A stretch of 63,476 bases of DNA, filler included, from Octopus bimaculoides (Eukaryota): assembly GCF_001194135.2 (NCBI RefSeq). It is 5 parts of 4 records of this genome, joined end to end, with 100 filler letters (N's around TTAATTAATTAA, not from the genome) between each part and the next. Parts side by side here need not be neighbours in the genome. Positions count along the whole stretch, not along the records: positions 27,640 to 36,187 come from NC_068982.1; positions 36,288 to 59,224 come from NC_068986.1; 3 more parts are not named here. One strand, given 5' to 3'. Numbering within the stretch: the stretch's first letter is position 1; the number at the start of each line of letters is the position of its first letter. A program made the position numbers and the translations under genes. Positions 35,691 through 50,900 of the stretch are shown here, in pieces. Below the pieces are notes generated by a model. It made no database searches. It was not told the DNA's origin and saw only the letters and a list, made by a program, of their open reading frames with translations.

Positions 35691-36287
35691 TGCTATATAT
35701 ATATATAGTAGTTGGCTGCATCTCGTGTTTCCGAGCTTGCAATCCAGTTCATTTTCCTAGGTGTTTGAACCGCAGATGGATCTGCAATCCAAGGGTTGCA
35801 TGAAACATATGGGAACATTGTGGACAAGGGATAGAAGGGGCTGGTTTGGGAAGGAGAAGGCGCTCTGATTAAGCGGTCATCACATGCTCGCCACCTACGT
35901 GTAGAATTGGGACTAGAAACTTCCAGCTCCACCAGAGCCTCTCCCCATTATCCGTAGCCTGCCACCATAGGACTTCGGGGGGGGGGAGTAGGAAGGAAGG
36001 AAATAACACTGGATGCCATGGCGTAATTTTGTTTAGGGTGGACTGCCACTTGCCAGGCGAAGGCCCACTCACTTGCCTTAGAGGACATCATCAGTGGCAC
36101 CATGGAGGAGACATACAGACTTTGACCTGTGAGTTGCAGTGAGCTGCCGTGGATCAATTCTCTTAAGCCACGCCTTGTAGCCAGCCCNNNNNNNNNNNNN
36201 NNNNNNNNNNNNNNNNNNNNNNNNNNNNNNNTTAATTAATTAANNNNNNNNNNNNNNNNNNNNNNNNNNNNNNNNNNNNNNNNNNNN

Positions 36288-36318
<31 letters not shown>

Positions 36319-36325
36319 CATATAT

Positions 36326-36472
36326 ACGACGGGCTTCTTTCAGTTTCCGTCTACCAAATCCACTCACAAGGCTTTGGTTGGCCCGAGGCTATAGTAGAAG
36401 ACACTTGCCCAAGGTGCCACGCAATGGGACTGAATCCGGAACCATGTGGTTGGTAAGCAAGCTACTTACCAC
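36326..36472 (-). mobile_element. tRNA-derived SINE family A
   Basis: Well-preserved copy, reverse complement of the 12590-12740 family. Confidence 0.85.
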
Positions 36473-38358
36473 ACGTATAAAAATGCATACATGCGTATAT
36501 ATATATGTGTGTGTGCGTGTGTGTGTACGTGTGTGTGTACATTTGTAATGCGTGCGTTTGTGTATTTACAGTTAAGCTGTTGGTATCCTGATATATAGGG
36601 GCGTAGTTTCGAGTTATGGAACGTTTACGTCGACGGGTACTTTTACATAACATTTCGTTTTATATTATTCCTTACTAAACAACGGAGAATATGTAGAAAC
36701 GGCAATGATGTAACGCTCTGATATACATTTCAGAAGTTTCAATGACTGAAACGTCTCGGAAAATTGGTTATGTGCACATTATCAGCCTATTATTTTAAGA
36801 CAAACATGAATATATAAAAAATATACACATAATTATATATGAACATATGTATATACGTATAGGTGGTATTGACAAGTCATAAAAATGAAGAAACATCGAT
36901 ATCTATCGCTGCTGAATAGGATCGGTGTGAGTTAATATTGGTTGTCTATGGCTCCAGGTATTTTAACAACAGGTACAGTGATGAGAATATATTATCTTGC
37001 TCCTCTAAGCGCAGTCTGACCACGAACTAGCAAAACACCATACCTTGGGTATGTGTGTCCGATATTGTTTATATTTCCCGCGCTGCTTTAAATCAGGTTC
37101 CACTTGTCCACTGTGGTTAAGTGTATTTCTTATATTCATTTTTTTTTTAAATCATGTATTATCTGAGGAAAGCGGGTCTTTTTCATTAGTTATAATCAGC
37201 TGATCTCATTAATCTATTAAAGAAATCCTTTGCAAACAGCTGTCATGTAGTGATGCGAATCCATCATTTGTTATTTATTTGTTTGTTCATAATACACATC
37301 ATTGGAATCCCGAACCGTTGGATATTCCGTGTTATACCAAAACGTGTACGACCAAAACAACTGTACACTTTTGGATTAGCCCTTGGGCTATTAAAATACT
37401 GATAAGGGCTGAATTCTCTGTATACACAACCAGAATTTTTCACTGGATATATGTCAGTACCCTTCATGTTCATTTGACGAAAGGTGATATTTACAAGTTA
37501 ATTTAACCCAACCTACTGCCTATTATTTAAGTACCTGATTCCTTCGATTCATTAATATTGTATGCATGCATGCATATGTGTGTGTGCGTCCGGAGGTGGG
37601 TTGTATACATACATAGTATCACGGCATTTGAGCTCATAGTTGCGCAATATGACCATATTTATATATGTTGATCAAAAGTTTGTAAATTGCGTACGTGTAG
37701 AAGTCAACGTAAGTGGTTTTCTGCTAGTTTTTCGTTCGTGACATTATTGTCGCTGAAACATTATAGAAATTCGTACTTATACGCACAAATACTCACGTAA
37801 ACAGCGACGATTATGCGTGTGATTAACTACCAAACCTAGTTTCCCATCTGCTGACCTAATAACCTTCCTTCCTTCTTATTATTTTAGCTCTAAAGAACAA
37901 ATCCAAAACCTGAAATTAACAGATCTAAATAGAATTCTGTATCATTAAGTTTTCTACGATCGACTGAATTCTGAACAATAACACAACTCTAAATTTAATT
38001 ATGTATGTATGTATTTATGTCTGTATAAATTATATCTGAGTTAGTATATAATTTGCTAAACCGACTTAAAGAATTTATTAACCGTCCATTTAATATATTT
38101 AAACATATTGTTTCCAAATGCTACCATACAATACAGATACTTTTACTCTTGTACTTGTTTCAGACATTAGATTGCGGCCATGCTGGGGCACTGCCTTCAC
38201 GAATTTTAGTCTAATGAATCGACCCGGGTAATTTTATGAAACCTTGTACGTCTTTATCAGCCTCCTTTGCCGCTCAGTTGCAAAACATATATCTGTTACA
38301 CAACCACACCAATGTCACTTGTAATCCGGTGGGGGCTGGCAAACACAGACACACACAC

Positions 38359-38398
<40 letters not shown>

Positions 38399-38446
38399 TC
38401 GTGGAGTCGTATGGTGTGTGTGTATGTGTGTTTGTGAGTGTCCCAG

Positions 38447-38605
38447 GAGGGTTCCTTTCAATTTCCTTCGACCGAATCCACTCATAAACTTTGGTCGGCC
38501 CGAGCTATAGAAGAATACGCTTTCCCAAGGTGGAAGGCAATGGGACTGAACCCGGAAACATGTTATTGGGAAGTAAACTTCTAACGCAACAGCCATGCCG
38601 GCGCC
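38447..38605 (-). mobile_element. tRNA-derived SINE family A (diverged)
   Basis: Similar to 36326-36472. Confidence 0.7.
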
Positions 38606-39026
38606 TATGAGATACTTATATTATATTCGTTTTCTATTATTCTATCATTCTATTATTTATTTGACTCATTTGATTGTGGGCATGCTACAACACCACCTTA
38701 CATGGTTTCAGAAAAACACGGAGAAAAAAAATTAAATGTTGTTTGGTCAACGATCTATCATGGCTATNNNNNNNNNNNNNNNNNNNNNNNNNNNNNNNNN
38801 NNNNNNNNNNNNNNNNNNNNNNNNNNNNNNNNNNNNNNNNNNNNNNNNNNNNNNNNNNNNNNNNNNNNNNNNNNNNNNNNNNNNNNNNNNNNNNNNNNNN
38901 NNNNNNNNNNNNNNNNNNNNNNNNNNNNNNNNNNNNNNNNNNNNNNNNNNNNNNNNNNNNNNNNNNNNNNNNNNNNNNNNNNNNNNNNNNNNNNNNNNNT
39001 ATATATATATATATATATATATATAT

Positions 39027-39180
39027 GACAGGCTTCTTTCAGTTTCCGTCTACCAAATCGACTCCCAAGGCTCTAGGCGGTCCGAAGCTGTAGTTGTAGA
39101 CACTTACCTAAGGTGCCATGCAGTGAGACTTAACACGGAACCATGTGGTTGACAAGCAAGCTTCTTACCACCACTAGCTG
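39027..39180 (-). mobile_element. tRNA-derived SINE family A
   Basis: Similar to 36326-36472. Confidence 0.75.
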
Positions 39181-41801
39181 CTCCTGTTTAATTCAAGTTA
39201 CTCTCAAGTTCCGAGTCTCATATTATTCTCGAATCTCACTAAAAATATTAGACTGTACTTCCATTTCTTACCATACCGTATATACAGAAATGGACAGACA
39301 CACACATATATAAGTCTGTATGTTTGTTTGTATGTATGTATATATGTATATATATACAACTACATATATATACACAGACGTATATCCATACAAATATACA
39401 CACATATGTACAAACACATATATACACATATATATATATATACAAGCACACACATATATGCAGATATATATATATANNNNNNNNNNNNNNNNNNNNNNNN
39501 NNNNNNNNNNNNNNNNNNNNNNNNNNNNNNNNNNNNNNNNNNNNNNNNNNNNNNNNNNNNNNNNNNNNNNNNNNNNNNNNNNNNNNNNNNNNNNNNNNNN
39601 NNNNNNNNNNNNNNNNNNNNNNNNNNNNNNNNNNNNNNNNNNNNNNNNNNNNNNNNNNNNNNNNNNNNNNNNNNNNNNNNNNNNNNNNNNNNNNNNNNNN
39701 NNNNNNNNNNNNNNNNNNNNNNNNNNNNNNNNNNNNNNNNNNNNNNNNNNNNNNNNNNNNNNNNNNNNNNNNNNNNNNNNNNNNNNNNNNNNNNNNNNNN
39801 NNNNNNNNNNNNNNNNNNNNNNNNNNNNNNNNNNNNNNNNNNNNNNNNNNNNNNNNNNNNNNNNNNNNNNNNNNNNNNNNNNNNNNNNNNNNNNNNNNNN
39901 NNNNNNNNNNNNNNNNNNNNNNNNNNNNNNNNNNNNNNNNNNNNNNNNNNNNNNNNNNNNNNNNNNNNNNNNNNNNNNNNNNNNNNNNNNNNNNNNNNNN
40001 NNNNNNNNNNNNNNNNNNNNNNNNNNNNNNNNNNNNNNNNNNNNNNNNNNNNNNNNNNNNNNNNNNNNNNNNNNNNNNNNNNNNNNNNNNNNNNNNNNNN
40101 NNNNNNNNNNNNNNNNNNNNNNNNNNNNNNNNNNNNNNNNNNNNNNNNNNNATAGCTGACCTACCCAGTAATTCCAGCAGTTAAAGCGGGATTTATACCG
40201 TAAATATGTACTCATAATAGTTTCGGTAATCTATTAACAACAATACAAAGTATGTAGCTCCTGAAACGGATTCTGTGCATTTACAGAGAATACTGAACTG
40301 TCTTACACAATTTTTAGGAATTCCCAATAAGTTATGAAAACCCAAATTGTGAAGTCAGTTATGCAATAACATTAAATTAGTTACCCGATAGTAAGAATTC
40401 AAATAAAGTACCCTCGAAAAGGGCTTTAATGCGTCCCCATAGAACTAAGACGTAAATGCCAATTATATATGTATACTGAAATCGTGAAGCATGTTACATA
40501 ATAATAAGCTAATGAGATATGAGATAATAACAATTGGAAGTAAGTAACTCTGAAAAATGCTTTTGTGCGTTCCCAGGGAATATTACCCTCAGAGGCGCTA
40601 GTTTTAAAATAGATTTACAATGAATGTAGAAACAGATTGACATTTAGTTTTACAGTAGACATACAAATAAATTTGCATGTAGATTTGAAAATAAAATAAC
40701 TTGTAGATTATCAATATATTAACATTACTTACAAATATTACAGTTAAATAATAAATACTTGATGATTTGGTGAATCCTACTCAGTTTGCAGAGATTCTTG
40801 ATAGACATGTTTGTTCTTTCCTTGTGGGGCATAAATAAACAAAAAAATCACATTGCCGACTCTTGAGTCTCCCACAAACAGTTGACCATGCCAAACAAAC
40901 TCGTTCCGGAAGGTACACATAGTTGTATGTTTGTAGGTGCGGTGAAGTCATGCATGTCAAAGAATAGAATTTAGGAATGCGCGTTCATCAGCTTACATAT
41001 GTTTCTGCTGCGAAGTGCATTACACACGGGGTCGTGTACTCATGCAAGATCTTCTTTAAAGGGAACTAAGGAAAATTAAAAATCTTACAGTAGTAATCAG
41101 TTATGAGTTGCAATGCTGTTTACATGAGAATCATCTCTAAAGCAATTGAAATGCGTGGCAAGTAGTTCCGCCTTGACGAATGCTATTCGAAAAACTGGCT
41201 GCCAATATCGTTTTTAGAGCTTCTTACTTATTTCAATGTCTCTTTTCCCAAACGGTTATATACGGGGACATCAACACAGCAGCCGGTTTTGAAGAGATAC
41301 TGGCGATAAACAGACGCAAAGACGCAGCGCATACCCTCACCCACACATATACAACAAACACACACACACCTATATACACACGACGAGCATGAATTTTCNN
41401 NNNNNNNNNNNNNNNNNNNNNNNNNNNNNNNNNNNNNNNNNNNNNNNNNNNNNNNNNNNNNNNNNNNNNNNNNNNNNNNNNNNNNNNNNNNNNNNNNNCT
41501 GCAAGTAGTTGGGTTCAGCATATTATCCTCCATTTTCTATTTGTTATACAAATTTTGGGTGAAACCTCCACTTTTTACCCGCTCCCATTGATTGCACCTA
41601 GTATATCACTAGTTTAGCAATAATTGGGTACACTCCCACCAGTATACTGGATAGATACTATCCCTTACTGGATTGAACCCCCAACCCCTAACTCTCTCAC
41701 ACCATATAAATATATATATATGTATACACGCACACACACACGCATACACACACACGCACACACACGAACACACACACACGCACCCACATGCGCACACACG
41801 C

Positions 41802-41844
<43 letters not shown>

Positions 41845-42741
41845 CAATATCCTGTTCCGTTGTGGTACATTATACCTCCTCAGCAATAGCTTATTACTGA
41901 AGTCAAGGGTGGCGAAATTTCGAATTTACTGACATCCTACTTCTTAAAGCTTAACTCATATGTACAGTTTAATGTGATTTTGTTTTTATCATCGACTTAA
42001 AAACAAACATTACTATACACATACTCCCACCCACTCATATATAAGCATNNNNNNNNNNNNNNNNNNNNNNNNNNNNNNNNNNNNNNNNNNNNNNNNNNNN
42101 NNNNNNNNNNNNNNNNNNNNNNTATATACGTACTCATACATACATATTCATTAAACATCTCAAATTTACAACGTTGTGAAAAGTCATTACCGACTTCATT
42201 ATAAAGTATTATTCTCATAAACTTATTAAGTTTCTTTATATATAATATTGCTCAATTAACATAACTAATATGACTAAATGAATAATTTATCAAATTTTCT
42301 CTTAAAATAAATGTCTATAATTATACATCTCTAAATCAGAAAGTGCACATTTTACATACATACAATTCTTAGCAGTAGTTTATCCCAAATTTGGAGTAAG
42401 AATTCTCGGAGATAATCTACACAGAAGGAAAAAAATTCACTGGGTGCAAAAAGATACCGGATATATCGTGATTACGAAAATCCCCCATTTCAGGGAGCAA
42501 GTGTCGTAGCCATACAACGGGTTGTGAAGTAAATTTGCGCAACAGAAATGATTTTTTAAGTCTACATATTACTTCAATCCAAACGAGAATGAATTTTGAA
42601 AACAAGTCACTGTACAGCAATACCTTGCGTGGCATCGGATAAAGGTATCAATATGAATATGCATATATGTATATATGTACATGTATATATATAGATATGT
42701 ATATATGAATATATATATATATATGTATGCATATATATATT

Positions 42742-42895
42742 CGACAGGCTTTCAGTTTCCGTTTATCAAATACACTCACAAGGATTTGGTGGGTCCGAGG
42801 CTATAGTGACAGTTACATACCCAAGGCGTCATGCAGTGGGACTGATCCCGAAGCCATGTGGCTGTTAAAGAAGCTTCTTGCCACTGAGCTACGTC
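42742..42895 (-). mobile_element. tRNA-derived SINE family A
   Basis: Similar to 36326-36472. Confidence 0.75.
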
Positions 42896-44088
42896 TGTGG
42901 CTCTCTCTCGCTATGTCTGTATATATATATATATGCATGTATGTATCTATGTAAATATACTTCTACACATGTCTGTGTTAATAGTGTCTCATATGGTCAT
43001 TATTTGTACGTATATATTTTGTATGTAACCAACTAATGTCGTGTCTTAATCTGTTGAAGTTTATCATTTGTTTATTCTGTCACCTTTTTTCCTGCCTTCG
43101 CTCATTTATTCTCAAAATCTTTTTGATTTTGACGCCACCAAAAGGAACAATCATATCGTAAAGGCGTGAAATTACTATGATTTTTGTACGATAATTGATG
43201 AGGGAACTGCATGTCCACATCTTTTCTGTGAATCTTCCATGTTTCTTTCCTTCCTATGTATTCTTAATATATATATGTATGTATATACACACACACACTT
43301 GCATACATCCCAAGCACTATATCCACACACAATATCCTACACAACTGTACACAGTATTTAAATACCCACGCGCGCGCGCACACGCATACACACCTGCATG
43401 CACACATACATACACACACGCAGAGATAGATACATTTCTTTTATTAGCCACACAGGGCTCAACGAAGATGGGACAAATACAATGTAGAGCNNNNNNNNNN
43501 NNNNNNNNNNNNNNNNNNNNNNNNNNNNNNNNNNNNNNNNNNNNNNNNNNNNNNNNNNNNNNNNNNNNNNNNNNNNNNNNNNNNNNNNNNNNNNNNNNNN
43601 NNNNNNNNNNNNNNNNNNNNNNNNNNNNNNNNNNNNNNNNNNNNNNNNNNNNNNNNNNNNNNNNNNNNNNNNNNNNNNNNNNNNNNNNNNNNNNNNNNNN
43701 NNTAGTTAGTTAGGTAGGTAGGTAGGTAGGTAGGTAGGTAGGTAGGTAGGTAGGTAGGTAGGCAGGAAGGAAGGAAGGAAGGAAGGTAGGTAAGTAGAGA
43801 TATAGATACATATAAAGTGTATGAGATGATAGTAAACACTTGGAAGGTGCGCCATCTATCGGTTAGTGCAAGAACAGTAAAAACATTCGTTAGTAAATTG
43901 CATCTTGAAATACTTTCAAATACCAATTAGCAAAGATCATTGCACCATCAAAGAGACGCCGACAAGCAGGGTCGTTGATATTCCAAATTTAGCTGCAACA
44001 TTTATCGCTAATGCTGTTGTAACAAACATCACAAACATATCAATAGACATCCCAGGTAGCAAAGATCATAAGGTAGCGAAATATATAG

Positions 44089-44130
<42 letters not shown>

Positions 44131-44412
44131 AATAGGCACAGAGATAAGGAGATTCTCAGTATATTTATGTGGGTTGTTGGTGTTTGGTGTGTGAAGGGGA
44201 GGACTAAGAGAGGAAATATTTATGTGTTGAATAAACATTGAAGCGAATTGAGGAATGCGCACGAGGAGTCAAATAAATACGGCGTCCATGAACGCACACA
44301 TGCATTCATACAAAACACGCAACCTACACACACAGACACACACACATATATATATACAGGCAAGTATACGTGTGTACAAATATATATATATATATGTGTG
44401 TGTGTGTTGCGT

Positions 44413-44461
<49 letters not shown>

Positions 44462-44861
44462 AAAATATATACGTACATACATATATATATATATGTATAC
44501 ATCTATGTATATGGATACACAAAGTCATATATTAAGTCGGATGAACATTGAATGAATATTCTGTAGAATGAATTAAATATTAGGAAAATTATGAGGAAAA
44601 TTGCTACATCGACTTCATGCATAAGTCTTATGGGCACTACACACACATACACACCCCTTCATGTGTACCCAAATATGCATATTTATATTTATATGTATAT
44701 AAATATACACAATTGTGTGTGTGTCTGTGTCAGTAGACATATGTGTGTATATATATGTAAGCATATATATACACACACGAACTCACACACTCACATAGAT
44801 GAATGTTTATATGTATGCCTTAATGTATGGTTGTACATATGCATGGTTGTATATGTGTGTA

Positions 44862-44908
<47 letters not shown>

Positions 44909-47900
44909 AGACGAATAGTGGATGGGAAGATGAGAATAGAGTGCTCAATACAGACATCGAGTTTCGTTTGTAACACGAGATGAAAGCACGTATTAACACG
45001 CACTCAAACTCGCACATGCACACGCGCTCGCATACAAACCACACGCACATGAACACATACACACATATATACATATGCATGCACACATACAGAAGCAAAC
45101 TTTCTCGGATCCAAGCTCAAAATCTCTTCCGATATTCAGTTTTCTATATTGAGTACGCAGTTATCACGTGATATTTTAAGTCGATTATCACAGGATTAGC
45201 TTCTTTTTGTTATTATTTAGATAATCTTTCAATGTGTTTCACATTTATTCTGAGCAGCGAAGTTGTGGTTTAGCAACGCATTTATTGAAGCAATGACTGC
45301 GTGTGCACAATGGAAATATCTGCGCAACTGGAGCAGTATATTTATTTTGTACAAGCTTAAAAGCCGCCCTGTGGAGGGCTCTTCATTTGGCCTTAGGCCA
45401 AATGACACTTCATGCATTGGCTACATATGTAATTTTATTAAACTTGACCAATATTTTCCAAGCAGTCAACAAATTTCGCCAAAACAATGTTATAATATGC
45501 AAAGCTTCATGAGAAACATTTTTTGTCTTCCCATTCGGGGATCACTATAATTTTTTATTCTGTCTAACCTCTTTCTTTCTCCCTTTCGCTTTCTGTAGAT
45601 TGTTTTCAACCATCACCATCACCAGTACCACCACCATCGCCACTACAACTGCCATACACACACCATTCAGAATTCTCATGCCATCACCATCAGCACCTCT
45701 TACACCGCACCTTCCCCTCCACCACCATCATCACTGACTTTCACATCTTTTACTATCATCGTCATGCTTGACCACCTCAGCTACCCCTCCAACACCACCA
45801 CCACCACCACCACCACCACCACNNNNNNNNNNNNNNNNNNNNNNNNNNNNNNNNNNNNNNNNNNNNNNNNNNNNNNNNNNNNNNNNNNNNNNNNNNNNNN
45901 NNNNNNNNNNNNNNNNNNNNNNNNNNNNNNNNNNNNNNNNNNNNNNNNNNNNNNNNNNNNNNNNNNNNNNNNNNNNNNNNNNNNNNNNNNNNNNNNNNNN
46001 NNNNNNNNNNNNNNNNNNNNNNNNNNNNNNNNNNNNNNNNNNNNNNNNNNNNNNNNNNNNNNNNNNNNNNNNNNNNNNNNNNNNNNNNNNNNNNNNNNNN
46101 NNNNNNNNNNNNNNNNNNNNNNNNNNNNNNNNNNNNNNNNNNNNNNNNNNNNNNNNNNNNNNNNNNNNNNNNNNNNNNNNNNNNNNNNNNNNNNNNNNNN
46201 NNNNNNNNNNNNNNNNNNNNNNNNNNNNNNNNNNNNNNNNNNNNNNNNNNNNNNNNNNNNNNNNNNNNNNNNNNNNNNNNNNNNNNNNNNNNNNNNNNNN
46301 NNNNNNNNNNNNNNNNNNNNNNNNNNNNNNNNNNNNNNNNNNNNNNNNNNNNNNNNNNNNNNNNNNNNNNNNNNNNNNNNNNNNNNNNNNNNNNNNNNNN
46401 NNNNNNNNNNNNNNNNNNNNNNNNNNNNNNNNNNNNNNNNNNNNNNNNNNNNNNNNNNNNNNNNNNNNNNNNNNNNNNNNNNNNNNNNNNNNNNNNNNNN
46501 NNNNNNNNNNNNNNNNNNNNNNNNNNNNNNNNNNNNNNNNNNNNNNNNNNATATATATATATATATATAATAACTGAAAAATTCCATGGTAAATAAACAT
46601 GCGACATAACGTATACTGAGTGTTAAACCGGACGGGAAACAAACACAGTAGGTCCCTAAGTTTTCATCAAATTATTTTTGCGGAGAATTCTGGGCCGAGA
46701 ACAAAGAAAAAGAAAAATGAGAGAGAGCAAAATGGCACGTATATATGTTTGCATTTATGTGTGTACGTTTGCTCTCTTCTGCTATTAATTATTTGAATTC
46801 TTTCTCTGAAGCAGAACCGGTTTCTAAGAAAAAAAAAATTAAGCTTCTTCATTGGAATGTAAATAACGAAACCAATGTCCCCTTTTAAACTTGAGAGAAA
46901 TGTCTTGCATATTTTATTGTTCCGCTTGCAGATTCTATTTGTAAAGTGCTATTTGGCTGATTTCTTTCTCTGAATACCCTGGCTTACCCGCGTTGTCACT
47001 AAGGCATTTCTCACAAATGTATGTATTTATGTATGTATGTGTGTGCGTGCATACGTACATACGTATGTATGTACGGATGCATGTATTTGATCGAATCTAT
47101 TATTTTACTTTGAGTGTTATTTAGGTTCTTCTTAGACGATGGCAAACAAAACGTTTAGACATTTTGTGTTTAGAGATTTCTCGGTATTTGCAAATATGTG
47201 ATTGCGTTGTTGTTGGTTGAGCTTTTGATGTATACACCGAAGTGTGTGCATTTTTCTACCTGATGGAGTATCTTTGAAATGTTTTACAAATGTTGACTCT
47301 GCCACTAATATATTGGATTTGAAGAATCTGCGTCATTTTCTTTTATTCTTTCATCGAAAGACCTCGTATTTCTGAGATTTTATGTAAATTTCTTAGTACT
47401 TAATTTAATGCTCCTATCACGATAGGTACAAATGAGGATTCATAGTCAGAGTACAAGAGCTGTAAGTTCCGCATTCATTCGCCATGAATTTTCTCTTTTT
47501 GTATATATGTCATTATTCAGTTTATTTCAAGAATTCTTGCCAATAGAGAAAGTATCCTTTTCTTACCTACATCCAAGGCTCCTTCATTGGAATATCAACA
47601 TCAACAACAGGGTATTTTTGTATGAATGTATGTATGTATGTATGTATGTATGTTTTAAGTATGTACTATCATGCATATACTTGCATATCTAGTCATGCTC
47701 ATATATATTTAAATGATAAACTTCTGGAAAGTTTTACAGATTTTTACAGTTCCAGTAATGGACTGGATCCGCAGCCTTCGAATTAGCTTTATTCGTCTTT
47801 GTTTTGAGAAGCTCAATTTCTCAAGATTAGTAATGCATGTATGTATATATATATGTATATATGTATTATGGCTGAACGCGTGTATGTGTGACTGTGTGTA

Positions 47901-50900
47901 TGTATATGTGCGTGTTTATGTATGTGCATGTATGCAAGTATGTATGAATATATGCACATTTGATATACAGAATTCAATAAAATAATAGTACACCGTATAT
48001 GAAACTGGATATGATAGTCTAAACACTCAAAGTTCGTACCCCTACAATGAGACAATCCTACAACTAACGCTTATAAAAACAGTTCCTTAGATGTTTGTAT
48101 ATTTTCTCTATTCAAAATTTTATTGGTGATCAACTTATGCATTTGTAAAACCATGATTTGGATGGCGAACACTAGTCCAACGTAATTCCGTGTGGGTTTT
48201 TACCAGGAAACAATTGACTTCGAAGCAAAATTCTTAGAAGCATATTCCTGTTATTTGCAAATGAGATCGACAGTTTCAGTTGTACGAAATACGCTGTAAG
48301 ATATTCAAAACCTGACGGGAGAAAGAAATACCAGAGATGCTTTGCCCCACGCAAAAATTGTAGCAGCTATTTAAAGATAATGTTATAAAGAAAACCATTG
48401 CGCTGCTGGAAGTATTTGTGTATCATCAACAAGTATCATAGGATCCAGAGTATTTTGTCATTTAATCAATATGTTTTCTGAGGGTCACAGTGAAGACAGA
48501 AATGAATTTTGCCAATACAAGGTGCCATGTGTGATCTCTTATAAATGAGTCCAGCATGAATTGGTCTCAGCTACCACATCTCTCTCCTCACTAGTTGGAA
48601 AGCCGGGGCAAAGGACTTCGAAAAAGAACGAGGCTACGGGCTATTCTGTGACAAGTGTTTCATAAACAAAGTCCTGAGATTTGTCGTATTACACTTCCTA
48701 AAATATGACAAGTTTGTCCCCTCAGGGGACGGTAATTTCAGTCGTAATGATTGGATTTGCACTTCCAGATAATAGGAACACGAATGTTTGGAATGATGCT
48801 AACCCCTAGCTTTTCTGGAAAGTCTAGTCTATTCCTTAATAAATCCTCTTACATCTCCCATTCTATGGCTTAATGCCAAAGCAGAAAACTATGTTTTTCA
48901 CCCATAACTGCTATATTTAGCATTTGGAGACTTCTCTCATTTTAATGGCAATCTGATAGACATCGGTGACAATGTCTTTTATTTGTGTCCCCTTAGAATC
49001 TTTCATTTAACTCATATACAAACTGCGATGTATCCTTTTCGTGTTCGCTATACTTGCTAGATGAAGCAGTTAAAATACCATCAAATTACATCCAACCGTC
49101 TTGGGGAAAATGAATGAATATCATAAAGAACATTACATGATGATCACGGCTAGAACGCCTTTAATAGTGAGTTTATTCGTTTTGAGAAGATATAACTTTA
49201 AAACGTAAACAGGTAAAGCCTGAGAGAGGGGAGTCCAGGTGATTAGTTGGTTTGTTAGGAAGCGCTAGTCAAATTCTTTCAGATCACTTACTACTGTTCT
49301 ACAGAAAGAAATACAAATTAAGCAGTGTATTCTTATACCAAAAGACAGGAAGATCACTTCTGGAGCGTCTCTGATCAGGTGTCTCCATAGTGATAAAAGC
49401 ATTCTGAGATGAAAGCAGTAGGTAAAAATAGTGTTGTTATGCCTTCTAACTTACTTTCTTCTATAGGCTAATAGCAATCACGTGCCTTCTCTCTCCTCTC
49501 CTTCCCGCTCTCTTCCTCTCTTTCTCTAAACTGCTTTTTATTTCGGGATACTATTGATCTCACCGGAAATTATCGATTTTTATAGATACATTTTTTCATC
49601 TTCCACAAACTTGTGGGAGGAATAATATAAAGCAGTTTTAATATGAGTAGAAGCATGCTCACCTCAACTAGGAAGCATATTATAGCTATATTGAAACGTA
49701 TCTGTGGAATTGTTCCATAATTAGCCTTATTAAATAAAAGGAAATTTTGGCAAAGATTCTGGAGGTGGGAATCGTTAGACATATCCTCCTTTCAAGAAAA
49801 CTAGCTTTTGGAGCATTTTATTTCTAGCTATCAATGGATTAATGCCGAATGATGCGACATTTTAGCGTTGTTTACCTCATTTCCTCTCCATTTATATATT
49901 TATGAATCAGATTTTGGTATCGCAGAGTAATAAAGAACGAATTCCAATAACATGGTGCGCGGTTCAATCTCACCACGTTATGTCCTTTTTCGAATGTCTG
50001 CTTCTTTAATCTTCCAATGACTGATATATTTTAAATAAAATTTTATAGAAAGGATCAGAGCATCAGCTCATCGTATACATGCATACATACACACACACAG
50101 ACACACGTGTGTTTGTGCGTGTGTTTTGTACGATTTCATATGCGGCAAATAAGTACCTAAACACATAGAGTCCAGGTTATTGATGTGGCGAAATAAAAGC
50201 AAGTGGCTCTCTTGACGGACTGTTTCATGGTTTGTTGTTGACCACTCCTCAGAGAAGCCGTCTCCGCTTAGTATGTGTGACGCTCATGAATTGTTTCCTA
50301 TAATTGTTAGAAAAACTCTGTTTAAAAATAATAATTCTATTAGTTCTAAAATGTTATATTTTGTGAGGCATTGCGTTGATTTCCAGTGGTTTTACCTCAT
50401 TCACGAAGATTCACGAATGTTGCATATTTTCCTATAATCCTTGATTTTCTATATTCGTGAAAGTATGCTGTTAGAATATGAAATCTTAGAGGTGGCATAT
50501 TGCTATTCTCTTAAGTAAAATACGCTAGTGTCACCGTCATGTTGGTTCGGTGATTTCGAAACTTCATTTAGCTAAATATCTGGAAGGAGCTATATGAACT
50601 GTATAATCATTCTAAATTGTTTTCCTTGTTTTGAATTTTGTGATCCTCTCACCATAACCCACGCGTTCAGGAGTCTCTCTAGTTCCAAGTCTCACTAGTT
50701 CACTTTGCAATGTGCTACATGCATACAACTAACCATTTAGAGGCTGCCAGACAGATAGATATGGATGATAAAATAACAGGAGTTGCGTAATCACTTCATG
50801 AGCTCACATTGTTGCAGTCAAATGCCAACCATTGGATATACGTAAAAGTATCTGTGAATAGTATAAATATGTGTGTTCAACTCTCAGCGTTTGACAACAT

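Noticed and set aside
36978-37019. GTGATGA...CTGA as a C/D snoRNA
   Set aside because: Only 42 nt, with no convincing terminal stem or guide sequence.
37398-37409. actgataagggc, matching the 3' half of miR-184
   Set aside because: The seed and 5' half do not match, and the local hairpin is too short for a pre-miRNA.
45600-45822. Thr-rich exon after a strong polypyrimidine/AG
   Set aside because: Degenerate (CAC)n microsatellite with no partner exon or recognisable domain.
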